From Podarcis bocagei (lineage: Eukaryota), in assembly GCA_964188305.1 (NCBI GenBank), contig OZ076886.1: 64,000 nt of DNA, one strand, 5' to 3'. Under the pieces are notes generated by a model. That model did not search any database, was not told where the DNA came from, and saw nothing but the letters and a program-made list of their open reading frames with translations. The translations under genes were made by a program, and so were the position numbers. Position 1 is the first letter of the stretch, and each line of letters opens with the position of its first letter. This document shows, piece after piece, positions 26,550-40,410 of the stretch.

Positions 26550-29500
26550 TGTTTTGTATATCCTATTGAGATAATATGTATTTTTGTACACACACACACA
26601 CACATATATATATAGCATTCCATTCTTTATATATATATTTCAATGGAAATTTAAAAGGGGAGATTTATATATTAAGTTAAGGGTTTGTTTATATATTAAG
26701 CTCACCGTGTGGAGGCCAGTTTAATCACTCATTGTGGAAATTATGTGGTTAGCCATAATGTGCAGTAGCTCTTTGCTTAAGTTGAGATGGGTTTTGGGTT
26801 TTTTTTGGGGGGGGCGGGTTGTTGCTGATTAAAAGTTCAGTTTTATAGAGATGAAGGGCATTTCCAGATGGGATGTTAATATGCAGAAAAAAATGGTTAT
26901 TATTCCACACTTTCTAGTGCAATTATGCTGTTAGTTTTATAACCACTAAAAGTCTGATAAGGAGAAAGTGATAAGAAAAGTGGTGGGAAATTGCACTGGG
27001 AAGTGTTGCATAACAGTCACTGGGGGTATTGGGTTACCTGCACGTGAATGAATGCCAAGTAAGCAGGTGAAGTCATATAACTGCCACATATGTTTTGTGC
27101 ACACATATGCATGCTAAATAAACAACCACTCTGGAAGCTCCCGATCTAAAATTTGGTAATGACACGGTGAAAACCATCCTGTTGCCGTGCAATCCTATGC
27201 ATGTTTACTCCAAGTTCCACCATAATGAATTATTCTCTAGGAATTATGACTAAGGTTGCAGCTTTAGAATAGTAAGTCTACATGTACAATATGTGGAGCA
27301 ATTTGGATTGGCCTCCTATGAATAAATTGTGACGAATAAATTGACCCTCACCTGCTAAATGCCTCATATATCTACAAAGCAGACAAAAGTTTCTTTAGTT
27401 TCCGTCTTCCCTCATCACATTTTTTTTTTTAATCAAATGTTCAGAATACTGTTAGGTTTGATTTGAAATTTGCAGAGATTGGTTGTTGTTTTTATTTGCA
27501 CCCCTGATAGATATGTCAGTTCTAGAGACACAAGGCAAGTGTTTGTTCTCCAGGGCAAGCTAATGATCTGCCAAACACAAGTGGCTCTCCATTGTGCAAT
27601 GAGGTGCAAAGAAGGAAGGGCATTCACTGCCCCTACAGCTAGCCTGGCTCCTAGGAACTGAAGGGGGGGAGCAGGCTGGACTTCATATATGTCAGAGGTG
27701 TCAAGATTAAGTTGGATTATTTATAGCTGCAGGCAGACCTGTTATGTACATTAGGCCATAGTTTCCTAGACAGTTTTTCATTTTGAGCCACATCCACTCA
27801 TCACTTTCATTAAAATGGGCCAAATCTCAAGAGGATCGGTTTCATCCCTACACAAGATGGTGTGCTGGTTTGCTTTTCATTTCAAACTAAATTTTTAAGA
27901 ATTTGTTTAAGCTAGAATTTCAGTCCAGTGGATCATCTCCTGGCTGCGCCTGGCAGAGCAAGCATATCTATTGCATATAAAACAAATCCTGTCTACCTTT
28001 TCATGTAAATGTGGTCATAGATAATTCATTTTCTTTAACTCCCTTTCCTTCTTTAAGCTAATGGAGCAGCACATATCCGTGTGGGCCATGTTTTCCAGAT
28101 CTGCATCAATTTTTTTTGTAACTCTGAGTTGTTTCCTGTGAACTCTAGAATGGAAACTATTGCAAAAGGCTCCTCTTCTTTCAACCCTAAATAACATGTG
28201 TAGCAGAGAAGCGTTTACTCGAAAATCTTAATAAGCAGCACAGTTAGAATAGCTTGATAAATTTTCATCTTTTTTGTAATGTAGTAACATTAGCAACTGT
28301 GTCTGCTGCGTTATGAAGTTGTTAACGTGTGTGTGTGTGTGTGTGTGTGTAGAGGATGGAGAAGGGGAAATGGTCATTTGACCAAACTCCAGGTTAATTG
28401 GCTTAGTTTTAGTAAGATAATAAGAAAGCTGCATTCCAGTAATAGGTCAGATCTACACTGCTGTTGTAACAAGGATGACTCCTTTTTTTGGCATGTGATA
28501 GAGATCTGAACCTTCCCTCTTTAGCAGCAGAGCGGAAGGTATCTCAGCAAATGAAAAGTTTGGAGTTATTTGTGGCAGAAGTTCGAGGTCCCTTTCTGAA
28601 AGATGCACTCTCTCCCAGTTTTACAGTTGCGGCTGCAGCAGCGAAGAAGCCGAGAGCAGCTCGCCAACCAGGGAATCATGCCACGTGAGTACTTTGCTTT
28701 CTCGCTTTTATCTTTTATGCACTAGCAGGCCCATGCAGCCTCAGCTGAGGGTCCACCACCAAATAAATATAATACAACTTTGCATCATTAGGAACTGTTT
28801 CTGATTCTAAGAAGGGCAAAGCAGGCTTGTACACGTGCACCACTTTAGCACACACAGATCTGGTGCTATGTACCTCTGCAAGAATCAACTCTTATGCAGG
28901 AAGGAAATATTTGTGGCAGAGAGTTACCTTCTTACATAGTGCCCACCCTGAGAAGTCTGTACTGCTGCAAAAATTATTTATTTCTGGTACAATCATAAGC
29001 AAGAGATTGAGTTGAGCAACTGGTCCGGCACTACAGATTGCATGGAATTTTTGCCATCACATACTCAGCTTGTTACTGCAATTACTGTTAAACTCGGGAC
29101 TAGAAGATTACTTACACATGCATCCCAAAATCTAGGATTCTAATGAGCCTCACAGGAAAGGGAGTTTGGGCTTGATTATTCCTGAAGTAGACTATACTGT
29201 ATCATTTTCATAACTCATTTAGGATGTAGGGCACCTTGCAAAACCCTATGAGGCAGGTCATTGTTATTCCAATTTTTTGCAGATGGGGAAACTGAGACTG
29301 AGAGAGATAACACCTTGCCCAAGGCCACCCAGTGAGTCCATGGTCAAACTAGGATCTGAATCCAGGTCTCCCACCCCAAGCACCCACCCTCTCTCTCTCT
29401 CTCTGCTGGATCACACTGATTCTGAGCCACACACAGTGACTGCCTAAGCCTTTGGGTGCCGCATGTTGTAGTTGGCCTCTGCTATTGCTTTCCTCTTAAG

Positions 29501-32500
29501 CCACCTCCTGCAAAACATTCTACATTGTTGGCATGGAATGTCTGTCGCTTCCATACAAATGGTGCATGCAGCAGTTTGGCATTTTCATGAGGCATTTCAG
29601 TGTATGTAGTGCAGGTACAGCATGTTATGTGTGACAGAGTGGATCCACATAGACTTGTTTATTTAATACATTGCCCAAAGTTCTTGGCAGGTTTAATCCT
29701 ATCCCACTATCAGAATTAACTGTCATGTTCTGCAAAAATGAGGTGTCATTGGTGTTTGCCAACTGTCAGGGGATTTTCTGACACCCCATAAAGGCTGCTA
29801 GTTTACCCCCTAAAAGGCATTTTACTCCTCAAAGAGAGGGAGAAAGAAAGTGGCAAGGGGTATGGAGGCAAGAATAGCAGCATTTGTTTAGGCGTCCGAG
29901 GCAAATGGGTTACCACCATGACTCCAGACTTTTCACCTTATTTCATCTCCCCCTCTTCCACAGTCCCAAACATCTTTCTTTCTAGGACACAGTGCTTGAC
30001 CATGGGCTTCAACTAGTATGTGCTTAGGGCTATTTCAGATATGACATTTCCCTAGATGCATTTTGAAGGATATAAAAAATGCCCAAGGACCCATGATAAA
30101 TACATGCATCTCATACCTGTCTGGTGAGTTTGACAAAAAGTGCACATCTTTGCCCATTTCTCGACTGCCTTCCTAATCGGTTTATGCAAAACTTAGAAAG
30201 GGCAAGGTAATTGCCCTTAATATAATCATGCTTCCTATGTTGTAGGAAGAGATCCCATTGATTACTTTTGTTCCTGGGCACTCACATATTCATCAGTGGT
30301 AGGTAGTTAGAGAATTACACCCAACTACATCCCGTTTGCAGTCACTGCCCAGCAAATCCCTTGGGAATACATGATGTAACTTGATTGATACTAAGTGAGT
30401 GTGGACTTGGATAGGAGACCACTGAGAACCTCACAAAAAATGATGAGCAGCATATATAAATATAGCAAATAAATCACATTTTCTGCACATGTCCATAGTA
30501 TTAGGTCTTCCAGCCCTCCTAATTTAAGGGTGGGTTTTTGTTTTGCCTTCTCCTTTGATGCCTTTTCTCACATTGACAAGGCTCATAAACCTATATAGAA
30601 GCCTCATTGCCCAGTTCACAATTAATACAAACCACAGTTAATGGTTTGTTGTGAATGTGGAGATCACACCTGCTTTGCTGCTCCCCTATTACAAGCATGA
30701 GCACAATCCCTGGCTTAACATTACATCTGGGGATGCTGCAGAATTCCAAGAAAAATGGAAACAGGAGTGGAAATTGCCAATGTTCACTTATTCATCCCAT
30801 GTCCAAAATGGAAATCCACCTGTTGTTGCTGCTGCTTTCAGTCCACAGAAGATACATGAATTATTACTTTTCCCCACCCCTACTTGCATTGTGTTTTCTT
30901 TGCGTTGAAATGAATAGGGGGGAATAACATCACGGCAACATAATTTGCATGTAAATTACATAAGGTACATAATTTGACACAGTGGATGGAAATACAGATA
31001 GAGTGGTTTTTTGTGGAAGGCAAAGCGCAGTGGAACATAAACAGTGCTGCATGCAACAAATAGAGGTCAGAACAGAAAATGATGTTGTCTTGCATCCCTA
31101 ATAATATCTGAGCCAAGGATTGTGATTTGTTTCACTCAAACTAAGTTTGATTGAACAAACTTTGTTTGGAGTGAAACAAACTGCTATCTCCAATCCAGAT
31201 GTAACACTAGGGATTATGTTTTGTTCTTCCTGCTAGGGAATGATCAAAACAGGAAGCCCTTGTGTGTTTATGTTTAAACCATTACCTGTGTTTATGGCAA
31301 AAGCATTTACTGTGGTGTGTAAATGCAGTCAGTTAGTTAGTGGTGTTAGTAGGGGTTCAGGATTTAGTCAGTTAATTGGTTAGGTTAATAAGTTTAATTT
31401 GATCAGCTGACAAGCTGCCCCCAAATTGGTATATCTACATTATCAGTTTTTAACATAAGTACTTAAAGAAGTTTCAGATGTCAAGCAGCGTCATGTCCTT
31501 CTGTGTGTGATAGAACAGGGGACAGCTCTTCAAAGATGAGGCCTACTGTGCCACTTGTGGGCATAATTTTAAAACAAAGTACGTTTTTCTTTAGAACAAT
31601 TTTTATCTCATATGCAAATGTATGCAAGTTTAATCAATAAATTAATCAATGTACCCAAACTCAAATGAACAAAGATTCATATGATTGGGTGATAGACACA
31701 GGTTTTACTCATTATTGATTTGCCACTATTTATCATCGGCAAGCAAGTCACACAGCTGACAAGCCTCTCTTAACGCCATGGTGGCACTCTCACTGGGACC
31801 CTTCCTCTCAAACCAGAGCATTCAAACTTCATGTCACTCTTTTAAAATCAAAATGGCTATAAACTATAAGATTTCAAATCTATTATTTGCCTTTTAAAAT
31901 TATAGCAATTTCCTGATTTCTTTTCTCTGTGAAAACAAAACACTTCCCACCCCTATGGCCAAAAGCAGTAGCCTTTCCTGGCAGGCACAACGAGAAAGTT
32001 AATTATGTTTAATTGCAATACTTATTATTCAATGCACATGCTCTTAAAAATTGTGATAACTGAAGGCTCAGGACAGGTCTGTGTTGTGGGACAGTATCCA
32101 ACTCACGTGGTCCATCAGCACAAGTATTTCCGCTTGCACATTTTTCCTCCTTTTTCCTCCTTTGTGTCCAACTCACTCCCCAAATCTACTCTGCTGGAGA
32201 GTTTGGAGAGCCCCTAAAACAGATTTAGGAAGCACACAAGAGGGGAGAGGAGGTAAGTCCAGCTGTGCAAGTGGAAATCCTTGTTCTGTCAGAAAATATT
32301 ACTCAATGCTACTTTGGATACAATCCTATGTGTGTAATTCTCCTTTCATCATTGTACTCTCACTCCAGACTTTAACTTCTAAACTTCCACTACTGCCACG
32401 ACTTCCCTCATGGAAGAACCAACACATTCAACCCCATATTGACATAGATTTTTTTCTCAGACAACCATATGCTGTTGGTTTGTCTGCAGAATTCACATCA

Positions 32501-34871
32501 ATCCTCTTGGCAAAGGTCCCTTTGTTTTGCGTCCATCCTTTGTCATGGATCCTACATAACTTTAGCGTTCTGTAATGTGCATTAATTGAGCTGTGCAGAA
32601 GAGCAACACTGGTTTCCTGCCTTGCAGATTACTTTTATCGGATGCTCTCTCAAAGCTCTTCCCACCATCCCACTAGCTGTGAACCAGGCCTCTGCACTGG
32701 TGCACCAGCTTCTCAGATTGCTCTTGCAATATCTGAAAGTAGGATGGTTTTCACCCTATGAAGTTTACCAGAATCTGTTTTACAACCGTCTTTTACCACT
32801 GAGGTGTCTCCTCTAACTTTGCCTTTGGTGCTCTGTGACACTTTTTTATTTACTCACTCACTTTAAAAGTTTTTTCTTCTTTTTGTTTGGCCTTTTAGTT
32901 GCGCAGGGTTTGAGTCTTCAATAAAACAAAATATCTATCGTGCTTTAGGATCTAGTTAACTACAGGAGGCAAATAATAAATTAGCTCATCCAATTGCGTC
33001 AATGCAAAATGACTCATAACTCTGACAATAAATCCGTTTGGTGACGGGAGGTAACAACTGGCATGTGGGGACTAGAGAAGCCATTTGTTAAAAGCAGTTT
33101 GGGTTGTTTTGTTTATTTTATTGAAAAAAAGAGAGTTTTTAAATAATAAAAAAATCACACAATATATAATTCTCTTGGCTTTTGACTTTCCTATCCCACA
33201 GTTTGACTGTGCTCCCAAGTCACATTTTGTGCAAAGAAAACAAACAAACAATAATTTGACACTTATTAAAATGGAGATGAGAATTGTTTCCGCAATCTTT
33301 ATTTTTGGATTCTGGACAACTTTCACTGTATAAATAACTAGGCTACAATTCAGCCATGAGATAAAGAGCTTTTGCGCAGCTTTGGGAAGAGTGATGCTTT
33401 CCTCTCATGCCCTTAACCCATGACACAGAAGAAATAGCAAGACCCAGAAATGGTTCAGAGAGTGAGACCCAAATGAGCTGGGAACTGTGTGCCAAGTCAT
33501 CTTCACGAAGCCTGTGAACACACTGGGACAGCCTCCCCCTTGGTGATAGAGTATAACAAAGTACAAATTTCCTAGTCAGTGAGAACTAGCCAACACTGAT
33601 GGTAGGGAGAGGGGGAAAAGGCTCCATGATGAGACTATGCAGATAGGAAAAGGCTGGACTGCCAGTTGGGGAGTGGAGTTCAAGGAGCAGGTTTTGCCCC
33701 TACCTTTTCCTTGCTGCCATTTATTCCTGTAGGACAAATACAGAGTTGTGATTCAATCCTAACAGCATGTTTATCACTGGAGGGCGTTAAGATATGGTGG
33801 AGGAGGCGACCCTCTTTTTTTTATCTCGATGGAACTGCAATCTGAAGAAACAAATATGTCCTCCAAACAAATATCCGGAATGTGGTTCAGAACACAGAGC
33901 AGGCACTGGTGGAGAGCATCAGAATTTACTGGAGCATTCTGCTTACTCTCTTATATCGAGAAGGAGATTTTGCCAATGGATGAAGGAAGGAGAGCTCATT
34001 GTTGAAAAGAATGTGTGACAGAATGGAGCAATTTATCCTTCTTGCTGATTTTGTATGTGCTGCTGACACCCATGTGATACAATGAGACTCAGACTCTCAA
34101 TTTTATTAGCAGGTCTCCTCTGGACATTAATCTCACTGGTGGTCCTCTCTATAACTAGATCCTTCCTCCCCGACTGATCACTTTAGCTGGAAGTCAACTC
34201 CACTGAAACCAAGCTCCCCAAATGCGTCTAGGATTAACGTGCAAGGCTCTGTCTCTTGAGCTTCTCACCCAATGTGTTTGGGTACTGGACAGGCTGCACT
34301 TTACCGCCAGGCCACTCACCTCCCTCTAAGATGCCTTAAAAAAAGATGGCTGTCTCCAAACAGCTCTCAGCTCTCTCCCTGCTTTAGTTACCATCTGTGT
34401 CTTTGCTCCTCTCTGCCTCGTTTCCACTGCCACAGCCTGGCCTGGGAATGTCTGTGGTTATTCCTCATCCATTTTCATTTGATGCAATAAAGGGGCTGGC
34501 TGATTTGTGTGGCTAATTTTGTTGAACTTTGTTACAATGGCACAATGCTGAAAATGTACTTGTTGCTCGCTGTGCTCATTGTGCTTTTGTCTGTTTCTGA
34601 TTGCAGCGCTGAAAAACCCCTCTCCCTTCCATGAGCAAAAGAAGAGTTTGGAGAGAGCCAAGGTAACCCTGGGTAGGCATCAGAGGGGGTGGCTGGAGAT
34701 GGCATCATGCAGGTTAACTAGCTGCTGAGAAAGTTGTGGCCATGTGCAGGAATGTGAGTGGAATGTTGGAAAATCACTGGATTCATTTCTGCAGATACTA
34801 CTATACCTTTAGCACACCTTTACAGGGCTCTAAACTTAATTGGCACATGTCCCATGAGAAAGTGGCTTTGT

Positions 34872-34925
<54 letters not shown>

Positions 34926-37900
34926 CAGTAGGAAACCTTGTGCCTGATGTCTGCAGTACACCATATTGCCCTTCTCTTCTTGTGACACTGCAGAGTGCTT
35001 TTGGGCTGTTCTTAACCTGTACTCTTGTCTCTTGCTGGCACCAGTTATCAAGCAGAGTTTAGGCGCTGTTAATTAAAGCTAATGAGAAAGATAAGATTAA
35101 GAGGCAGTTCCCCCCCACCTACCCCACTAGTGGAAGAGCTGGTGATCTGGTCTTATTTAGAGAAACTACAAGATATTCTCAAGCTTTCCCTGCTGCAAGT
35201 CTCCAGCCAAGGCTCTTACTAGAGGTGCAGCGGGGGGGGGGGGGGGCAGAAATTTGATTCCGTTTACATTTAAAGGCGAACCTACCTAATTTGCAATTTC
35301 AGAAATAATACGCAAACTTAAACAAGGCCATCCTTCAAAATTTGTGTTTCTCTGAATTTTGCAGTTTGGCAAAGGGGGAAATTGGGGAACTGTCTGCTTA
35401 GAGAAGCTTTTTCCAAGACTGATAGCAGTTCTCTTATATAAAGAATACAATCCATATATAGAGAGGCCTATAGCTCATTCATAAAGCTGGTATTTTGCAC
35501 GGATGACGACCCGGGTCCAATGACACCAGCAGCAAGATTGGTAAAGAGATATGGAGATATGCTGCTAGTTACAATAGACAATGCTAGGCTAGATGGACAA
35601 TAGTATATGGTAACTTTGTAATGTCCTAGAAACTATGACTTGATTTGCTCAGAATTTGTATTAGTAGTAGTAGTTGCCGTCTGTTAACTTGTCCCATTTA
35701 ATGACAACTTGTGGTGCACCTTATCCTTTATTTCCTCTGTTTATGATAGGAGTTAATATGTAGAGGAAATTTAGGTCAGGAAGCCAAACAAGTGAATCCT
35801 TTTATAGTCTCTACAATTCTGTGTACATATATATTAACTTACTTTCAAAACTCTTGATGAAATTTATGTATAGGCATGTATCAAAAACCTGCACACATGT
35901 AGAAGATGCCTATGTTACATTGTTGTATATGAGTGTCCTGCAAAAATTCAAGACCAACGTAAGGAAGGATGTATAGCCCCCTGTGAAAAATAAATGTGCT
36001 TAGAACACTTCAAGAAGTCTGAAGTATCTTAGAAGTACCCTATATTTCAATGTTCAGGCATAGGTTAATATCTCACAGTCTCCCTTCAAAGGCTTCTACT
36101 GGCCGATTGCCTGGAAGAAAAAAGGATTATATGAGTCAAAAGCCCTAAACTACATTCGTTTAGGGAGAAGTAGAACCAAAAATATATTCTAAGCCTTTAT
36201 TCAGCAGGGGAGGGGCCTGGGGGCTGGCAGGGGGAACCAATATCAGAACACTTCACAGCTAGTTTGGTTGAGAGGGACTGATGGGAAACCTACTTGAAAA
36301 TCTTTGTTCACACATAACATGAAACTACACCAATTTAATTGCGGTGGATTTTAAATACCTATTAGCTAAAACACAACAGAGCTGCTGTTAGATGAGTTCT
36401 AGTGAAGTAAATAAATTTACTTTGATACAGCTGGGTACTTAGGGCTGAATTTTACACTTGTTTAAGATCTGTGCCGTGAGCTAAACTGAAATTGTGCTGA
36501 ATATAGTGCATATTAAAAGTTGGTGTAGTATTATGATTCCTTTGTGCCAATTATAAGTTACTTGCATTCTGGGAAACCTGCCAAAAGTTCGGGTTTGCAC
36601 AAATGGAGCTCTTAAAAGATCCAAGTCCTAGCCTACAGACATTCAGTATCCAGACAAAAAGTTGTGGGATAATTATAGAATTGGAAGGGACCCTGAGGGT
36701 CATCTAGTCCAGGGGTCTGCAACCCGCGGCTCTGGAGCCGCATGTGGCTCTTTTACACCTTTGCCGCGGCTCCGGGGCGGATACTAGCGAGAGGAGGAGG
36801 CGCATTGTGCGCCCCGACACTCCCCACTGTGGCGGGCACTGTACTGGCTGTGATGTCACATGGGGGCGGTGCGTGCGTTAGTCACGCACCGTCCCGACGT
36901 CACCTTCCCGCCCGCCCGCTACACTGTAAGGGGCATGTACGCTGGTCACTGCATTGAAAGGGGGCATGTATGCTGGTCACTGCATTGAAAGGGGGCATGT
37001 ACGCTGGTCACTGTTTTGAAGGGGAGTGAAGAACACACACACACAAAAAGGTAACTTGTTAATTTAATGTTTATTTCTATGAGGAGGAGTAATTCTGAGG
37101 GGTCAAACAAAGAAATAATAAAAAGTGACAAAAAAGTTATTTTTATAATGACGAGTTTTGTGGCTCCCAGGTTTTTTTTCTTCGGAAACGGGTCCAAGTG
37201 GCTCTTTTTGTCTTAAAGGTTGCAGACCCCTGATCTAGTCCAACCCCTGCAATCTCAACTAAAGCATGCAGATGGCTTCTGCTTAGTCGGTTCCACTGTC
37301 AAACAGCTCTTGCCATCAGAAAATTATTCTCGATGTTGAGCTGAAATCTCTTTTCCTGTAACTTGAATCTTTTGGTGTGGGTCCTACCAGAGAAGAACAA
37401 ATGTTAACTAAAATGAACGTCAGTTAGACCAAATCTGACTGAATCCTTTTAAAGAAGCATTGCCTAATGCACTTTAAATCAAGCTAGTGAGGTAATGATC
37501 TCTGTTCTTATGTTCTGTAGACTGAAGATTATTTAAAGCACAAGACCCGAAACAGACCTGAGCGCTCAGAACTGGTTGATATGCACATTTTACAGGGTAA
37601 GATTGAATGAATACGTTTAAGATCTTGCTATTAGCATACAAAGTCCTTAATAACCAGATTATCTTTGGGACCACCTAATCTTGTATATCGCTACCCAGTC
37701 ACTTCAATCCCTGGGTGAGACACTCTTAAAGGTGCTGCTTACTCCTGACGTTCATCTTATGTCTGCAAAAACCCAGGGCTTTCAGTATTACATCACATGC
37801 CCTTTGGAATGAGCTCCTGGTAAGGCAGGCACCTATAGTGTTGCTATTTCCGGTACCTACTTAAAACACATTTGTTTACTCAAGGGTGATCCAGTTTAGT

Positions 37901-40375
37901 AGTGTATATTTCTGATTTACTAATTTGTTGGTGTAATTTTGTTGTTAGCAGTGTATTTTATTGATGATTTTATGGGGATCACGACCTTGAGGTTTCTTTT
38001 TACGTTTGGAAGTATAGAAATACACCACCGAATTGCAAATGAGCTGTTCTATGTTAATAGATAGTCTAGACTTCCGCAAGGGTTTTGGACAACTCCCATC
38101 ATCCCTGACCATTGACGATGTGGTCTGGGGCTGATGGGAATTGTAGTCCAAATCCTCTAGAGAGCACCAGGTGGTGGGAGACTGCCTTAGATGTTTTGGA
38201 CGTCTTGTAGTTGTGGCAAGCCAACAGCAGAAGACACTTCTGCCATGTTCTGAGTAAGCCTCAGTGTCTTTTGATCCCTCTTCAGGAAAGGTGTAAAAGC
38301 ACCTTTTATTGCCCTAATCTAGGCCTTCTTGGTAGCAATCTCCTGCTTATGGAATGCTTATGAATTATTTTAGGTTTTAAAACTTTTCTAAAATGTTTGT
38401 AATCTTTGTTAGCTTGCCACCTTGGGTTCCTTCAGGGTGGGGACAAGAATAAACATCGAACTGATTTATGATGATGTTTGCATGATGTTATTCTATAAAC
38501 AAATCTGGGGTGGGTTTTATTTGAGCCTGGCTGGGGCAATTGCTGCTCCAGCATGTATGGCACACAATATACAACTGGGGGAAAATGCACATCTCATGAA
38601 GCAAGTTATTCCCTCTTTTAGATACTGCTTCTTGCAATTCTCATTTAGCTCTTGAAACCAAGTTTTTACTGGGCTTGCAGAAATGACTTTCCTGCATAGG
38701 ATTCCATGCCCAGCATTGCATTTGAAGGATTGTTTGCTTGTGTGCTACCCACTCCCCAGCAAACTGTGGCTCAGCCATGCTGGTATGCAGACGCACATAA
38801 AGGGTGTGGTGCATTGGGTGAGAACCTTGGAATTAATTTGTTTGGCTATAGGGAACTATGTACAGGTAATACTTTCTGTGTATCTTGAGCATTGTTAAAA
38901 TTGACTGCATATCAGATCAGCAGTGAGAAAAGCTTATCTACAAGCACACCTGTCATCATTGCACTCTGTGGTTAAAGGTAAAGGTAAAGGACCCCTGACA
39001 GTTAAGTCCAGTTGCAGGCGACTGTGGGGTTGTGGCGCTCATCTCGCTTTACAGGCCAAGGGAGCCGGCGTTCGTCTGCAGACAGTTTTTTCTGGGTCAT
39101 GTGGCCAGCATGACTAAGCCGCTTCTGGGGCAACAGAACACCGAAACCAGAGCAGCGCACAGAAACACTGTTTACTTTCCCACTGAAGCGGTACCTATTT
39201 ATCTACTTGCACTGGCGTGCTTTCGAACCGCTAGGTTGGCAGAGCTGGGACAGAGCAACAGGAGCTCGCCCCATTGCGGGGATTCAAACTGCCGACCTTC
39301 TGATTGGCAAGCCACAGTTGTTTTATGGTTCAAGAGAAATGCTTTGTGTTACAGCTACACTCAGGTTCTAATTACTGGGAAAGAACTGACATAGAATTTA
39401 TCCTGTGTTTCTTAGAAGTGATAAAAGGAAAGGAGCTGTGGCACAGGCTGGTTATTTTGTGGAATAATTTATATTTTTACCATTTGGCTTTACAGATTCA
39501 GCCACAGAAGGGTCTGTCCAGGCTACTCAGATGAAACTGAAAAGAGCCCGTCTTGCAGACAATCTAAATGAGAAAATTGCTCTTAGGCCAGGTCCTCTGG
39601 AGCTGGTGGAGAAGAATATCATTCCTGTTGACTCAGCTGTGAAAGAAGCCATCAAAGGTAATACCAGGAAAGGCACCTCTGGTGCTATAGCAACATCCAT
39701 GCACAGTAGGCTATACAAAAGACTCACTGTGGAGAGGGTCCCTTGCAATGTGATGTAGGGTTCTTGATGTTTTCTCCATGGGAATGCCTTTGGAATAATT
39801 CCCATAAGAGAGTACAGATCCATGTTGAAGAGCTAGCAGGATTCTAGCACCCTAGAATGGTTCCTTCATTCCTGCCCTCTTCAAATCCCTCTTCACTAGC
39901 AGAGTAGGAAGAAACTTGATCAAAGCCAGACATGTCCCTGGAAAGATTACAGCGTGTAGCAGGAATCTTCCTTCCTTCCACTGCCTACTCTCGTGTCTTC
40001 CAGCCTTGCAGGGGCTTTTGTGATAGAGCCTGTCTTTCCCAGCACTTTACTTATCAGCAAAAGCCAAGGGTCAAGCGCTTTTGCCTGCTAGTTTGTTGGA
40101 TATTGCACAGGAACACTTTCCAGAACCCACTGAGTATGCTGAGTGGCAGAGAAGCATCATCTGGCATAAGCCACATGGATTCGCGGAGAAGCAAAATGGG
40201 TCGCATCTTTGCAGCATTTCTCAAAGGAGGTTGTAGGATGAAAAAACCATGCAAGCTATTGATTTGGTGAATTGTTTGGGGGCACATTCTTGATGAGTTT
40301 CTTGGAGTATTCTCACCATGGTGCACAAGCAGCATTTGACACCCCCCCCCCAATATTTTTTTTGTGGGCTTCCAA

Positions 40376-40410
<35 letters not shown>

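Noticed and set aside
30392-30432. 5S rRNA-like GGACTTGGATAGGAGACCACTGAGAAC
   Set aside because: Too short and diverged; at most a 5S-derived SINE scrap
32209-32252. Exactly 44-nt AG...GTAAGT segment with an in-frame TAG, matching the size of mammalian exon 2a
   Set aside because: It lies inside a palindromic MITE and the acceptor is a purine-rich GAG with upstream AGs; likely coincidence, though RT-PCR would settle it
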